DNA of 64,000 bases from the human T2T-CHM13v2.0 reference genome, Homo sapiens (GCF_009914755.1 NC_060933.1); one strand, 5' to 3'; counted from the stretch's first letter, positions 14,160 through 26,950 are shown. The notes: a model not told the origin generated them from the letters alone. Numbers and translations are program-made.

Positions 14160-14925
14160 TTTTTTAAAAAAAATCGCTTTATTAAGATATAATTTGCATA
14201 ACACATGTCTTAGCCCATTTGCATTGCTATAAAGACATACCTGAGGCTGGATAATTTAAAGAGGCAAGAGGTTTATTTGGCATATGGTTCTGCAGATTGT
14301 ATAGGAAGTATGGCACCAGCATCTGCTTCTGGCAAGGGACTCAGGCTGCTTCCACTCATGGCAGAAGGGGAGGAAGGGAAGCTAGCATGCAGACTTATAT
14401 GGTGAAAGAGAAGGAGGGGCCAGTCTCTTCTCAACAACCAGTTTTCATGGGAACTAAGAGTGAGAACTCACTGCTGTGAGAATGGCACCAAGCCAAACAC
14501 CTTCCTCTTGGCCCCACCTCCAACACTGGGGATCACATTTCAACATGAGATTTAGTGAGGCCAAACAAACCATGTCCAAACCATATAATCCACCCATTTA
14601 ACAGTATGTACAATTCAATGGTTTTTTAGTACATTCACAGGTGTGTGCAACCATCATCATAGTCAATTTTAGAATATTTTCATTATCTCAAAAGAAAGAA
14701 ATCCTGTACCTTTTAGCTATTACTCCTCTATCCTCCAACCACTGCCCCCCAGCCATAAGCAAGCAGAAATCTACTTCCTGTTTCTCTAGAGACCCCATTC
14801 TGGACTTTTATAAGAATGGAATTATACAGTATATTGTCACTCGTGACTGGCTCCTTTTACCGCACATCATATTTTCAAGGATTATCCATTTTGCAGTGTG
14901 TATCAGTAGTTCATTCCTTTCACAC
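14160..14925 (-). mobile_element. L1MB 3' end, split by an MST LTR
   Basis: GCTTTATTAAGATATAATT terminus; continues at 14587 with CACCCATTTAACAGT...GTGCAACCATCA. Confidence 0.82.
14206..14586 (-). mobile_element. MSTB-type MaLR LTR
   Basis: TGTCTTAGCCCATTTGCATTGCTATAAAG...CCCCACCTCCAACACTGGGGATC. Confidence 0.88.
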
Positions 14926-15639
14926 TGCTCTTGATGGGGGTGAGCAGGCTGAGTGTAGCTCCATGGAGTGGAGGAATAGCTATAGAGACCTCCAAGTCCA
15001 GGCTCATGAAGAATCTTGCTTTGTACCCAGGCTTGGCATGGTTCATTTCAGATAATTTCACTCACTTCCTCCTTAGGTGGTTGGTAAACTAGAGACCAAT
15101 GTCTTCCCTTAACTGTTATTAGACTGGTGCACATGGTCTTTGTACTCAGCAGACAGGCTTCTCTGCCTGAGGCCACCATCATCTTGTTCTTTCGAAAGGA
15201 CGTCTATTGCTTCCAGGTGTTCTGAATGCCCTTATTCCTGCTGTAAACTCATGCTGACCACGGAGAGCAAGCAAAGGCACTTATTTGCATCCTCTGCACA
15301 TTTGTGAAGGAGCTTCTGTGGGGTTCTGTCTGAGCTCTAAATTCTTCCTGGAAGTTTTGGATAAGGAAACATTCTTGACATCCTTGCACTTGGACACAGT
15401 ACTGCTGATGCTGTAACTGAAGTTTTAAACTGGTAATAGGTTGGCCTGGACTTTTTATTAATTGAAAGTGACCACAAATCCATAAGATTTGTTCAAATGT
15501 CATTATGGGTCAGGAAGAAGAGATTTGGAAGAATTTGTCTGAAGATAAGCAATTGGACAAAAAACCCCACAAAACCATTTTAGGTTTACGCCCTGCTGAC
15601 TTCAGACTGTTCAATACAATGATTACACATTTAAGAACA

Positions 15640-15900
15640 TAGAGGCATACATCCCATATAAATTTTAGTGTTAGTATTCAATTCAGTAGTATATTAAAAG
15701 AATACTACATTATGACCAAGTCAGCTTTACTACAGGAATGTAAAGGTGGCTCTTTATGAACAAGTGCATTAATGCAGTTTGTCACAGCAAGAGGTCAAAA
15801 GAAAATTTTTGGCAGTAGTTTGGAAACCTGTTCACACAAGACATTTTTATTTCCTTAGCATGGGTGCCACACAGAAACCAATAGAACAAACGCCATACTT
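15640..15900 (+). mobile_element. Decayed L1 ORF2 (RT) fragment
   Basis: CATTATGACCAAGTCAGCTTTACTACAGGAATG corresponds to the HDQVGFIPGM motif of L1 RT. Confidence 0.6.
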
Positions 15901-15949
15901 GTTTGGGATGGCTATTTATGCTGCTTTGATAGACTTATCCTTAGAGAAA

Positions 15950-16340
15950 CTATCTTGTTTGTTTGTGTTGCTAAAAGGAATACCCAAAGCTGGGTAATTT
16001 ATAAAGAAAGATTTATTTGGCTTATGGTTCTACAGGCTGTACAAGAAGCTTATCTGCTTCTGGTAAGGGCCTCAAGCTGCTTCCCCTCATGGCAGAAGGA
16101 GAAGGGGAGCCTGAGTGTACAGAGATCACATGGCCAGAGAGGAAGCAAGACAGAGGGGAGGGAGGTGCCAGGCTCTCTTTAACAACCAGTTCTGGTAGGG
16201 ACTGGTAGAGTGAAAATTCACTATTGCAAGAACTTCATCAAGCCATTCATGAAGGATCCACCCCTATGACCTAAGCACCTCCCATTGGGACCCACCTCCA
16301 ACATTGGGGATCAAATTTCAACATGAGGTTTGGCAGGAAT
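15950..16340 (-). mobile_element. MSTB-type MaLR LTR
   Basis: Colinear with the copy at 14206; CTGGGTAATTTATAAAG, CACCTCCAACATTGGGGATC. Confidence 0.88.
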
Positions 16341-16579
16341 TACACAAAAATGATGCTGGGTGCTCTCCATGTGCTCTATCAGGAAGTGCACAATGCCAAC
16401 CCATCACACTATTGTTGACTTAATTTTAATCTTCTCCTCCAACTTTCTCCACTGTGAAGGCACCATTTTCATTATGCCAGTTTCAGAGCATGTCCCCACA
16501 AATTAAATCATAAAATTAAATCATAATTTAATCCCTTTTGGAGGGAGTAAGACATTTAGGATTTAATTTTGTGCTAAAG

Positions 16580-16750
16580 AATAATAATACAAAAATAGCT
16601 ATCATTTAATGACCATTTATTATGTGCAAGGCACTGTGCTATGCACTTTATGCATCTTAGTTGAATGCTCAAACCCTTGAATTATGTACCATTATTATTC
16701 CCTGTTACAGATGAAGAAAATGAGCCAACTGCAGTGATGGATTTGAAGCA
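16580..16750 (-). mobile_element. MIR
   Basis: GGCACTGTGCTA...TTACAGATGAAGAAAATGAG core. Confidence 0.75.
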
Positions 16751-16857
16751 GGATAGATTATATGCTACCTATTCAGTCTTCTTGAGTACTATTTTTTCCC
16801 CCATTTAGTAAAAAAAAAAAAAAAAGAAAAGAAACTGTAAAAGAAATTAGCCAAGGA

Positions 16858-17466
<609 letters not shown>

Positions 17467-18527
17467 GAAATTAGCCAATGAAGAGTTAAAAACACCAAAC
17501 AGAAGTGGTTTAAGTTTTTCCTTGCAGCTCAAGTGATTCTGTTTGTGACAACTAAAGACCCAGAGGTTCCATTTGATGTGTTAGTAGATAATACACCTTA
17601 AAATCTGCAACCATTTAAAAATTGGGCTAAAGACATTTAAAGCCACTAAAGTTGTCAAAAATAAACCCCACAAAACCTCATTATTTCTACCTATGTTAGG
17701 TCAGCTAGTGAAAGGAAAATGAAAGGTAATGGCTAAGAATTAGCTTTCCAAATGGCTCAGTCAAAGCCATTTGGAAATTTGCCAGTCCAAGGACCAACCC
17801 AAAAGAAACCTCAAATATAATCTCTTTGTACAAAGAAAAGAGACACCACAGGCATTATTAAAATACGAGAATTGGTGGAACCACTTCGATACTGGTCAAA
17901 AATCATGAGAATAAAATATTTTCAAATATCCTAGAGAAAGAAAGACATGCATTAATTATAAATTAAACACTATCAATCTTTGTTTCGATTCTTAATGAGT
18001 GTTTTTATCTGAGTTCGTTCTTATTAAATTTCCCTTGGGAGAGGAATGGTGGATTTACAGATCTTTTACTAGGGTCCACTTATTATGGGCGCTTTGCTAA
18101 GGCCATAAATTTTGCAGTTGAATGACAATAGCGAGGAGGGAGTAGAGCAAGCAGTGGATTGAAGCTGGGAAGGAGGGCAGGATTAAAGGTGGCTTGCACA
18201 GAAAACAGTTTTTACATTTTGATATAGCCCCAAATGACCTGGGTTAAAAGTACCACATTAACATGTCCTTTGAATAAAAATAGCCACATCAAAATGGACA
18301 GCTTCACTCAGATGTCTATCATAACACTCACTCTGGTTCAAAAAATTTATGATTCGTAGGCTTAACAATAAACACACAGCTTTAGCTCCTTCTGAAGACC
18401 TGAAAGGTCATGGACTGGAATCCTGAGTTGTGAGGCCAGTTTCCTGAACCAAGATTCAGAGCTAGCCAGTGAACCTAGCAGATGGGCCAGCGTTCAATTT
18501 CCACTGAAGTCTGGCGTTCTCAATTCC

Positions 18528-18768
18528 TGTAACCGCCCAAGGGGTTCACCTTGCCTGCTGCCTACACAGACTCGATTCATCAAGACAGGGGAATTGCAAT
18601 AGAGAAAGAGGAATTCGTGCAGAGTCAGCTGTGCATTAAACCAGAGTTTTATTATTACTCAAATCAGTCTCCCCAAGCAGAGTTTTTAAGGATAACTTGG
18701 TGGGTAGGGGGAAGCCAGTGGAGCCAGGAGTGCTGATTGGTCAGAGATGAAATCATAGGGAGTTGAAA
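18528..18768 (-). mobile_element. LTR8 3' portion, antisense
   Basis: Begins TGTAACCGCCCAAGGGGTTCACC, the reverse complement of the LTR8 3' terminus. Confidence 0.88.
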
Positions 18769-19295
18769 CAACCCTTTCCCAAAGCACACCTCCTTCTTGC
18801 CTGGGGACTAGACTGCCTTTGTAGGACTAACATTAGCCACAAGATTAGAGATTATGGTTTAGGAGTCATGCAACTGGAGGCTACAAGATTCTGACCCTCC
18901 CTAAACTGCTCCTAAGATCAATGCTTGAGATACTTTGCAAATGCTGCACTTAATGGATCAGGGGGCACCACCTAGATCAATAAACTGGCTTATTTGATCC
19001 TGTGGCCCCCACCCAGGAACTGACTCAGTGCAAGAAGCCAGCTTTGACTCCCTGTGATTTCATCTCTGACCAATCAGCACTCCTGGCTCACTGGCATCCT
19101 CCAGCCTACCAAATTGTCCTTAAAAACTCTGCTCCCTGAATGCTCGGGAGACTGATTTGAGTAATAATAAAACTCTGATCTCTCACACAGCTGGCTCTGC
19201 ATGAATTACTCTTTCTCTGTTGCAATTCCCGACTTGATAAAGATAAATCAGCTCTGTCTAGGCAGCGGGCAAGGTGAACCCACTGGGTAGTTACA
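18769..19295 (+). mobile_element. LTR8, 5'-truncated
   Basis: Colinear with the LTR8 at 26009 from 26177 onward; ends GGTAGTTACA. Confidence 0.9.
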
Positions 19296-19372
19296 ATTGG
19301 GCCCCTGACAACCTTAGAGCCACAGCTTGCTATACCAGCCCAGACTTTTACACTTGAGAGAAATTAACTTCT

Positions 19373-19830
19373 CTTTTTTACTGATACGTAGTCATTGTAC
19401 ATATTTATGGGGTACATGTGATATTTTGAAACATGCATCCACTGTGTAGTGATCAAATCGGTCTTTAAGATATTCATCACCTCAAACATTTATAATTTCT
19501 TTGTATTGGAAACATTTCAAATCTTTTAGCTGATTTGAAATATACAATAAATTGCTGTTTACTATAGTCATCCTATTGTGCTATCAAACGAGAACTTATT
19601 TCTTCTACATAACTATATGTCTGTACTCAGTAACCAACCCCACTTTATCCCCCTCTCCACTCTTTCCGGCCTCTAGTAACCATCATTCTACTCTAAAAAG
19701 TTGAATTCCGCAAGTTCAACTTTTTAGCTCCCAGAAATGAGTGAGAACATGCAATATTTGTCTTTGTGTACCTGGCTTATTTCACTTAACATAATAACTT
19801 CCAGTTCCATCCATGTTGTTGCAAATGACA

Positions 19831-19864
<34 letters not shown>

Positions 19865-19890
19865 GATTAAGAGTATTCTCTTGTGTATGA
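19373..19890 (-). mobile_element. L1MA-type 3' end
   Basis: TGTACATATTTATGGGGTACATGTG...GAGTGAGAACATGCAAT...CCATGTTGTTGCAAATGACAGGAT. Confidence 0.88.
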
Positions 19891-20009
19891 TCTCCTCTTT
19901 TGTTTAAGCCTCTGTTAGCCTGGGTTCCTGATGACACATCTGGACCTGTGTCCTAATTAACACTGTAGGTAAAGCAAGGATCTACGACCGTTTCCATCTT
20001 GTCTCTGTC

Positions 20010-20146
20010 ATGAGGCTGTGAGCTCCTTATGGCAATCTCTCCCTACATTTCTTCCAGTTCCTCATGGTAGGCACAGCACTATCCTACGCCTTGGACCAGA
20101 ATAGACTCTTGTGGATGCTTATTGGATGAATGAATGAATGAATGAA
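20010..20146 (+). mobile_element. L2 3' end with (TGAA)n tail
   Basis: CTGTGAGCTCCTT start and ATGAATGAATGAA terminus. Confidence 0.65.
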
Positions 20147-20231
20147 CATGTCAGTGTGTTGCGAGCTGGGAGAGATGCATCAGAAAAGCAGTGGGATGAG
20201 AGTCACATACCCCGTACCCTTGTTGGAATTT

Positions 20232-20560
20232 ATGTCTAGGAATTTGTGTTTGGCTGCTTGTAACAGAAAACCCTAATTTTGGGTAATGACTTAATCAAAT
20301 AGTGATTCATTTCCCTCAAATGGTAAGGGCCTGGGGGTGGGTGGTTTCTGAATTGGGTTTGGTGCAGTTTTGGGGGTGGCCAAGCCTAAGTTTCTGCCAT
20401 TCACTTGGCCTCTTCCTCATGGTCACAAGATGGCAGCCAAAATCCGACAGTTACACCCATGTCCCAGGGAAGGGGAAGGAGGCAGCAGGAAGAAGGCAAA
20501 AGGGAAAGTCAGCCAAGTCTGTCCCCTCTTAAAGGGCTCAGGCTGCTCCTGCCTTTTGCA
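20232..20560 (-). mobile_element. Old MLT1 (K/L-like) LTR fragment
   Basis: GTTTGGCTGCTTGTAACAGAAAACCC and CCTCATGGTCACAAGATGGC motifs. Confidence 0.6.
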
Positions 20561-20581
20561 GGGCCCACAATAAGAGTACAA

Positions 20582-20915
20582 GGCCAGGCGAGGTGGCTCA
20601 CACCTGTAATCCCAGCACTTTGGGAGGCTGAGGCAGGCGGATCACAAGGTCAGGAGATCGAGACCAACCTGGCCAACATAGTGAAACCCTGTCTCTACCA
20701 AAAATATAAAAAATTAGCTGGGCATGGTGGCACATGCCTGTAGTCCTAGCTACTCAGGAGGCTGAGGCAGGATAATCACTTGAACCCAGGAGGCTGAGGC
20801 AGGATAATCACTTGAACCCCAGGAGGTGGAGATTGCAGTGAGCCAAAATCGCACCACTGCACTCCAGCCTGGGCGACAGAACAAGACTCTGTCTCAAAAA
20901 AAAAAAAAAAAAAAA
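20582..20915 (+). mobile_element. AluS with internal 32-bp tandem duplication
   Basis: Full dimer, A20 tail, TSD AA(G/A)AGTACAA. Confidence 0.94.
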
Positions 20916-21305
20916 GTACAAAGGGAGGTCCAACTACTATCTGTTTATATATTTATCTTCCTACCCTCAAAATGACAAAGGCAAAAACATGTCAAGCTGT
21001 ATTTTTTTTCTCTTGCACCCAAATTCAATGTGGAATTGAGCTATAATTTTTCTATGATTGGAAGTCACGAAGCACCAAAGACAATTGAATTTAATTGTGA
21101 CTGAATATATCTGGGATTCTGTTGATGAGCTGGCAAAGTCTGAATGAGACCAAGGTATTATAATAAAACCAAGGTATACATAATTCAAAAGTCATGATGT
21201 ATTTATTCCATACATTATTTTTCTATCATCTGAGCAAAATTCAATAATTATGTTAATAACAAAATTTTCACAAATTTGTCTTCTATTGACAGTAATGCTC
21301 TAAAG

Positions 21306-21621
21306 CAGGGGTCCCCAACCCCCAAGGTGCAGACCAGCTCTCTGTTAGGAACTGGGGCACACAGCAGGAGGTGAGCGGCAGGTGAGCAAGCATTACTGCA
21401 TGAGCCCCACCTCCCATCAGATCAGCTGAGGCATTAGAGTCTCATAGGCGTGTGAATCTTATCCTGAACAGGGCATGCGAGGGATCTAGGTTGCATGAGA
21501 ATCTAATGCCTGATGAGGTGGAACAGTTTCATCCTGAAATGATTCCCCGACAACCATGGTCTATGGAAAAATTGTCTTTCAGGAAATCTGTTGTTGATGC
21601 CAAAAAGGTTGGGGACTGTTT
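21306..21621 (+). mobile_element. MER1B (hAT-Charlie MITE)
   Basis: CAGGGGTCCCCAACC...GGTTGGGGACTG TIRs; 8-bp TSD nTCTAAAG. Confidence 0.9.
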
Positions 21622-21629
21622 GTCTAAAG

Positions 21630-21841
21630 CAAGGATTGGTCAACCATATCCTGCAGTCCAGCCACCTGTTTTTTGTTTAAAACATTTTATAGGAACACAA
21701 TCATGCTCCATCTTTTACATGTTGTCTGTGGCTGTCTTCATGTTACAGTGGCGGAGCTGAGTAGCTGTAACTGGGACTGTATGGCCAACAAACCTAAAAT
21801 ATTTACTCTCTGCATCTTTAAGAAAAAGTTGCCAACCCCTG
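21630..21841 (+). mobile_element. MER58A (hAT-Charlie MITE)
   Basis: GAGTAGCTGTAAC...CCTAAAATATTTACT...TTGCCAACCCCTG; 8-bp TSD nTCTAAAG. Confidence 0.88.
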
Positions 21842-21907
21842 ATCTAAAGTATTTTTTAAAAATGTAATTATAGTCAAAATATACAAAATTTGAATCTATT
21901 TTCATTA

Positions 21908-22315
<408 letters not shown>

Positions 22316-22335
22316 TTAACAAATTAAAAGGTAAG

Positions 22336-22445
22336 ATTCTTTTGTAGTTCACAAGCATGATTGTGTGTTCACGTGCATGTGTGAGATGTCACCCTTGTGA
22401 ACCTTGATACGACGTTGGCACGTTACCCATCTCACATTAAAAAAA
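22336..22445 (+). pseudogene. U13 snoRNA (SNORD13-like) retroposed copy
   Basis: ATTCTTTTGTAGTTCA...TGTGTGAGATG...GAACCTTG.TACGACGT.GGCAC.TTACCC matches recalled U13; short A tail; flanking AAAAGGTAA repeats; box D CTGA changed to CTCA. Confidence 0.88.
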
Positions 22446-23174
22446 TTTTAAAAAGGTAAAATGCTAATTCTAATTCATGCATATTAACATTATTTAAATA
22501 AAGCTAAATTTTATTTAACTCTAACAAATTTAAATAAATCTTATTAAACATTTCTATGAAAATAAAACTTGACCTTCTACCATTCAATATCTATGTGATT
22601 GCCGGCAGAAAGGCTTCCTATCATTCTTCATGCAATTCTGCTTATACCTACATATTGCAGATTTCAGAGCAATGTGAGTTGTTGAATATGGCAACATGTT
22701 CTTCAGCTGCCAGATACAATTGCCATGAATGCCCTGTAATTGGTAAGGACCTTCAGAATAGTGGGCTAGAACTTGAGGAGAAGCAAGAAAATAGATGTTT
22801 GGGACAACTGGGAAATGCTAATTTGTTGTGTAGGAATATTAAACCTATGATATCTGCTGGGAAGGAATTAACAAGCAACTTGTGTTTTTCCATTAACTAA
22901 GCTCTTCTGCCATTCAAATCCTCCTGCTCTCTGAGCAGCATCTACCTCCAATGTCCTCAGGCACAGAGATGCAAAATTTCCAGGCTCAGAGTGTTTCAAG
23001 GACATAGGGGAGGGCAAGAGTTGTGAACGTGTGTATCCCTGGGCTTGCATGGTGTTGATAAGAATGAATATTTGGGGTATGGATTGCACTGTGTCTGTGT
23101 TGAGGACCTGATCCCAGATGATAGAGACCACCTTTATGTTTGTTAGGAAATAGTTATGTGTGTGTGTGTGGCCA

Positions 23175-23547
23175 TCCTAGTCTGTTTTGTGTTTCTATAA
23201 CAGAATATCTGAGACTGGGTAATTGATAAAGAAAAAGAATTTGTTTCTTACAGCTCTGGAGGCTTAGTGAGTCCAAGATGGAGGGGTTGCCTCTGGTGAG
23301 GGCATTTTTGGTGCATCCTAACATGGAGGGATGATGCGAGAGTGTGCGAGAAAGGGGATGGGGTGCCTAACCCCTTTCCTTATCAGGAACCCACTCCTGA
23401 TAACTCAAGACCGTGACATTAGCCCATTCAGGAAGGCAGAGTCCTCATGACCTAATCACCTCTTAAAGGTCCCACCTGTCAACACTACTGCATTGGGGAT
23501 TAAGCTTCCAACACATGAACTTTGGGGTACACATTCAAACCATAGCT
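23175..23547 (-). mobile_element. MSTC/D-type MaLR LTR
   Basis: CTGAGACTGGGTAATT...CCTAATCACCTCTTAAAGGTCCCACC...CATTCAAACCATAGC. Confidence 0.85.
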
Positions 23548-23548
23548 C

Positions 23549-23553
23549 TGTGT

Positions 23554-23631
<78 letters not shown>
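23549..23631. repeat. Compound microsatellite (TG)n(AG)n
   Basis: Seen directly. Confidence 0.97.
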
Positions 23632-23634
<3 letters not shown>

Positions 23635-25534
23635 TCGAGTGAGGCCCTCTAAAGCAGGAGGCCCAGAGCAGAGTCTAAGGACAGACAGTGCTAAAAAGGC
23701 TCTCGGGAAACTCCCCTCAAATGGCTTCTGCTTACATCACCTTGGCCTTAACTGTATCCTCTGGCTGCTGCTGGCTGCGGTGGAGCCTGGGCACATTGTC
23801 AACTCCTGGAAAACCAGGAAGCAGGGGGAATCGTGATCAGGTTGGCTATGAGTAGTCTCTGCTACACTGCCTTCTCCTCCTACTCTCTCTGTGGCCGTGA
23901 CCTTCTCCCAGCCTCCTTTCCCTTCTCCCCACATCTAGATCTTCCCTGCCACACCTCCATCTCAAGCTGGGAACCCCCATTTCTCTTACGTCACTTCCAG
24001 CCAGAGCTGCCATAGCCTGGATGAAGAGAGTGAGTGTGGGAAGTCCTAGGTGGCTCCTCAGTGCTCCCCAAGCCATGCCTCCAGGAACATGCCATTGTCC
24101 TTGGGCCCAGTGGTTGTCACAGCTAACTGGCATGAGCAGTGAGGTGGGGAGGGGAGAGGGACCAGATGCCACCTGCCCCCTTGCTCCTCCTCCATGCAGG
24201 CATGGAGGGTCATTGTCACCAACTGGTTGTAGACTGTTGTCCTCTGAAGAGCTGCCAGAAGGGTTTACTGCATTCCCCATAGATCAGAGAGCAACATTTT
24301 TCTCTGGGAAGATGCAGGCCCCACCAGACCCTGCACCACCACAGGGATCCCCCTCTGGGTGGCTCAATTAGTTTCCCCTCCTCTCTTAGACCCTGTCCCT
24401 TTCAAAGGTAATATAATCAAAGAAAGCAGATTTTTGAGAGACTGGCTCAAGGCTGGGAAGGAGAGATATACTCTCTTAACATAATCAGTTACTGGAGATA
24501 TTTCAGCAAGAAGTTGTCTTTTGTAGGCTCAGAAGCATGATAGAGTTTTTCAGTATTTCACCTGAGGCCAGACCACAGTGATCCTCTCTCTCACCTCTCT
24601 ACCCTTGGGACTTGGAGCGTCTGTCACTCGATCAAGCAGCAGGACTCAAGCAGGGTAAAGAGTGACTGATGGCTTATCCCAGAGGCTGGGGAAGAAGTGG
24701 GGCTCTCAGAGGAGCCTGGCATGGTGGGGGTGAGAGGGGGGCATCTGTGGGAGGTGGGCTTGGGGGTAACAGTATATGTCTGTCCTGCTGAGGTAGGAGC
24801 TAGGCCACTCTTTTCCCTGTGACTTCCTCTTTTCTGGGACCTGCCATCCTGGAGATGCACAGGCGGCAGTTGGGGGGGGGGCATGGGGGGTGGATGGTGG
24901 CCCTAGAAGTGAGTGTTCTTGTACATGCAGGTGCATGCTGCAGTTAACCCTCTTGTCTTCCTTGTGACTAGCCTCTGTTGACTGCATCTCTGGCTCTGAA
25001 TTCACAGGTGTGAGGGCCAGGAACCCTAAAAGCACACCACTCTGAAAATGCAAACACAGAGTAGCACCCTAAGCTGCTCTGCGAGCCAAACATGCTGCAG
25101 CAAAACAAGCAACAGGGCACCTGCCAGCCAGGGCTGGCCCGCACTCACCACATCAGATCTACCAGGGCCACTGATGAAGATCAGTCAGGCAGAGGGACAA
25201 GCCCAGAGGGGCTGCGGACCCACAGGCCTTGGGGTAGGAGAGAAATGAGCTGGATGGAGAGGCAAAGGCAGGGGAAGACTTTTTTCCTGTGCCTTCCTGG
25301 CTTCCTCTCACACAAGGAGAAGCCAAAGAAAGTCTTGCTATTTCTGTAGGAAAATGATGTGGCGGGTACATGTGTATACATGTTCACGTATCTGGATAAG
25401 TCAGTATACACGTGTGTGTTTGTGAGTGCACAAGCATATTCATGCACACGTGTGCATATGTACACATGGGAGTACACAACTAATCTATGACAAATGTCAT
25501 ACAGGGTGGAGGACTCACATTATCCTTTTAGTTC

Positions 25535-25665
25535 AAGAGTTCGTGACTGGGGCCCATGAATGGGTGCCAGTGAATCCCCTGAGATTATGTGCCACAATTT
25601 TTGATGTACATTTTTCTAGAAGTGAAGCCTTGATTTTCCTCAGATGCCCCAAGCCCCAAAATGAT
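25535..25665. mobile_element. MER103-like hAT fragment
   Basis: GGGGCCCATGAATGGG...GATGTACATTTTTCT resemblance to recalled consensus. Confidence 0.45.
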
Positions 25666-26008
25666 TTTTCTGCCTATTCTGTGATAGGCAGAATAATAGC
25701 TCTCCACATCCTAAACCTCAGAACCTGTGAATATGTTACATTCCACGGCAAAGGAGAATGAAGGCTGCAGATGGAATTAAGGTTGCTAATCCTCTGGGCT
25801 TGAGAAGGAGAAGGTCTTGGAGTATCTAGGGGGACCCAATGGAATCACAAGGGTCATTATAAGTAAAAGAGGAGAGTCAGAGAGAGGTGATGTGCGGAAG
25901 ACTCGCCGCCATTGCTGGCTTTCAAGATGGGAGGGAACCCCAAGCCAAGGAGTGTGGGTGGCTCTAGGAGCTGGAAAGTGCACGAAAATGGGGACCCAGC
26001 CCTACCGA

Positions 26009-26950
26009 TGAAACCGCCTTTGCAAAATTATGACTGAGACAGAGAAAGAGATCTAAATTAATCGACTCCCTTTTGTTTCTAAACTCCAAGCTGTCCTTGT
26101 TCTTTCCTGGGCGCAGGCTGAACTAACTTTGGGAGAAACTCAGTTTATAGTTTATAGTTTAAAACAAAGACAATAACAACCCTTTCCCAAAGCAGACCTC
26201 CTTCTTGCCTGGGGACTAGACTGCCTTTGTAGGACTAACATTAGCCACGAGAAAGAGTAGGCTATAAGGGAAGATTGTCAATATTTTATGTGGTAAGAAA
26301 AGCTACAGTCATTTTTTCTTTGCACTTTGGATGCTGAAATTTTCCCATGGAACATAGCCACATCTAGATAGATGTGAGCTTTTTCTTCTGTTAAAATTAT
26401 TCTTAATGTCTGTAAAAACGATTTTCTTCTGTAGAATGTTTGACTTCATATCGACCCTTATCTGTAAAACACCTATTTGGGATAATATTTGGAAAAAAAG
26501 TAAATAGCTTTTTCAAAATGAAAAAAAAAAAAAAAGAAATTATGGTTTAGGAGTCATGCAACTGGAGGCTACAAGATTCTGACCCTCCCTAAACTGCCCC
26601 TAAGGTCAGTGCTTGAGATACTTCGCAAATGCTGCACTTGATGGATAGGGGGATGCCACCCAGATCAATAAACTGGCTCATTTGATCCTGTGGTCCCCCC
26701 ACTCAGGAACTGACTCAGTGCAAAAAGCCAGCTTTGACTCCCTATGATTTCGTCTCTGACCAATCAGCACTCCTGGCTCACTGGCTTTCCCCAACCCACC
26801 AAATTGTCCTTAAAAACTCTGCTCCCTGAATGCTCGGGAGACTGACTTGAGTAATAATAAAACTCTGGTCTCCTGCACTGCAGCTCTGCATGAATTACTT
26901 GTTCTCTATTGCAATTTCCCTGTCTTGAGAAATGGGTTCCGGCCGTTACA
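26009..26950 (+). mobile_element. LTR8 solo LTR carrying a retrocopy insertion
   Basis: TGAAACCGCCTTTGCAAAA...GTTACA termini; TSD CCGA/CTGA (CpG decay); short deletion near 3' end. Confidence 0.92.
26253..26535 (+). pseudogene. 5'-truncated processed-mRNA fragment (3'UTR end plus poly(A)); parent gene unconfirmed
   Basis: Absent from the sister LTR8 at 18769; AT-rich unique sequence; AGTAAA poly(A)-signal variant ~16 nt before A15. Confidence 0.8.

Noticed and set aside
20920-21297. AT-rich stretch possibly from an old hAT transposon (also 37560-37760, 59530-59700)
   Set aside because: No clear TIRs or translatable motif; left unannotated.
22661-22742. Possible exon bounded by TTGCAG and GTAAGG
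   Set aside because: Splice-like ends alone are common; no recognisable protein and no partner exons. A lncRNA exon cannot be excluded without RNA data.
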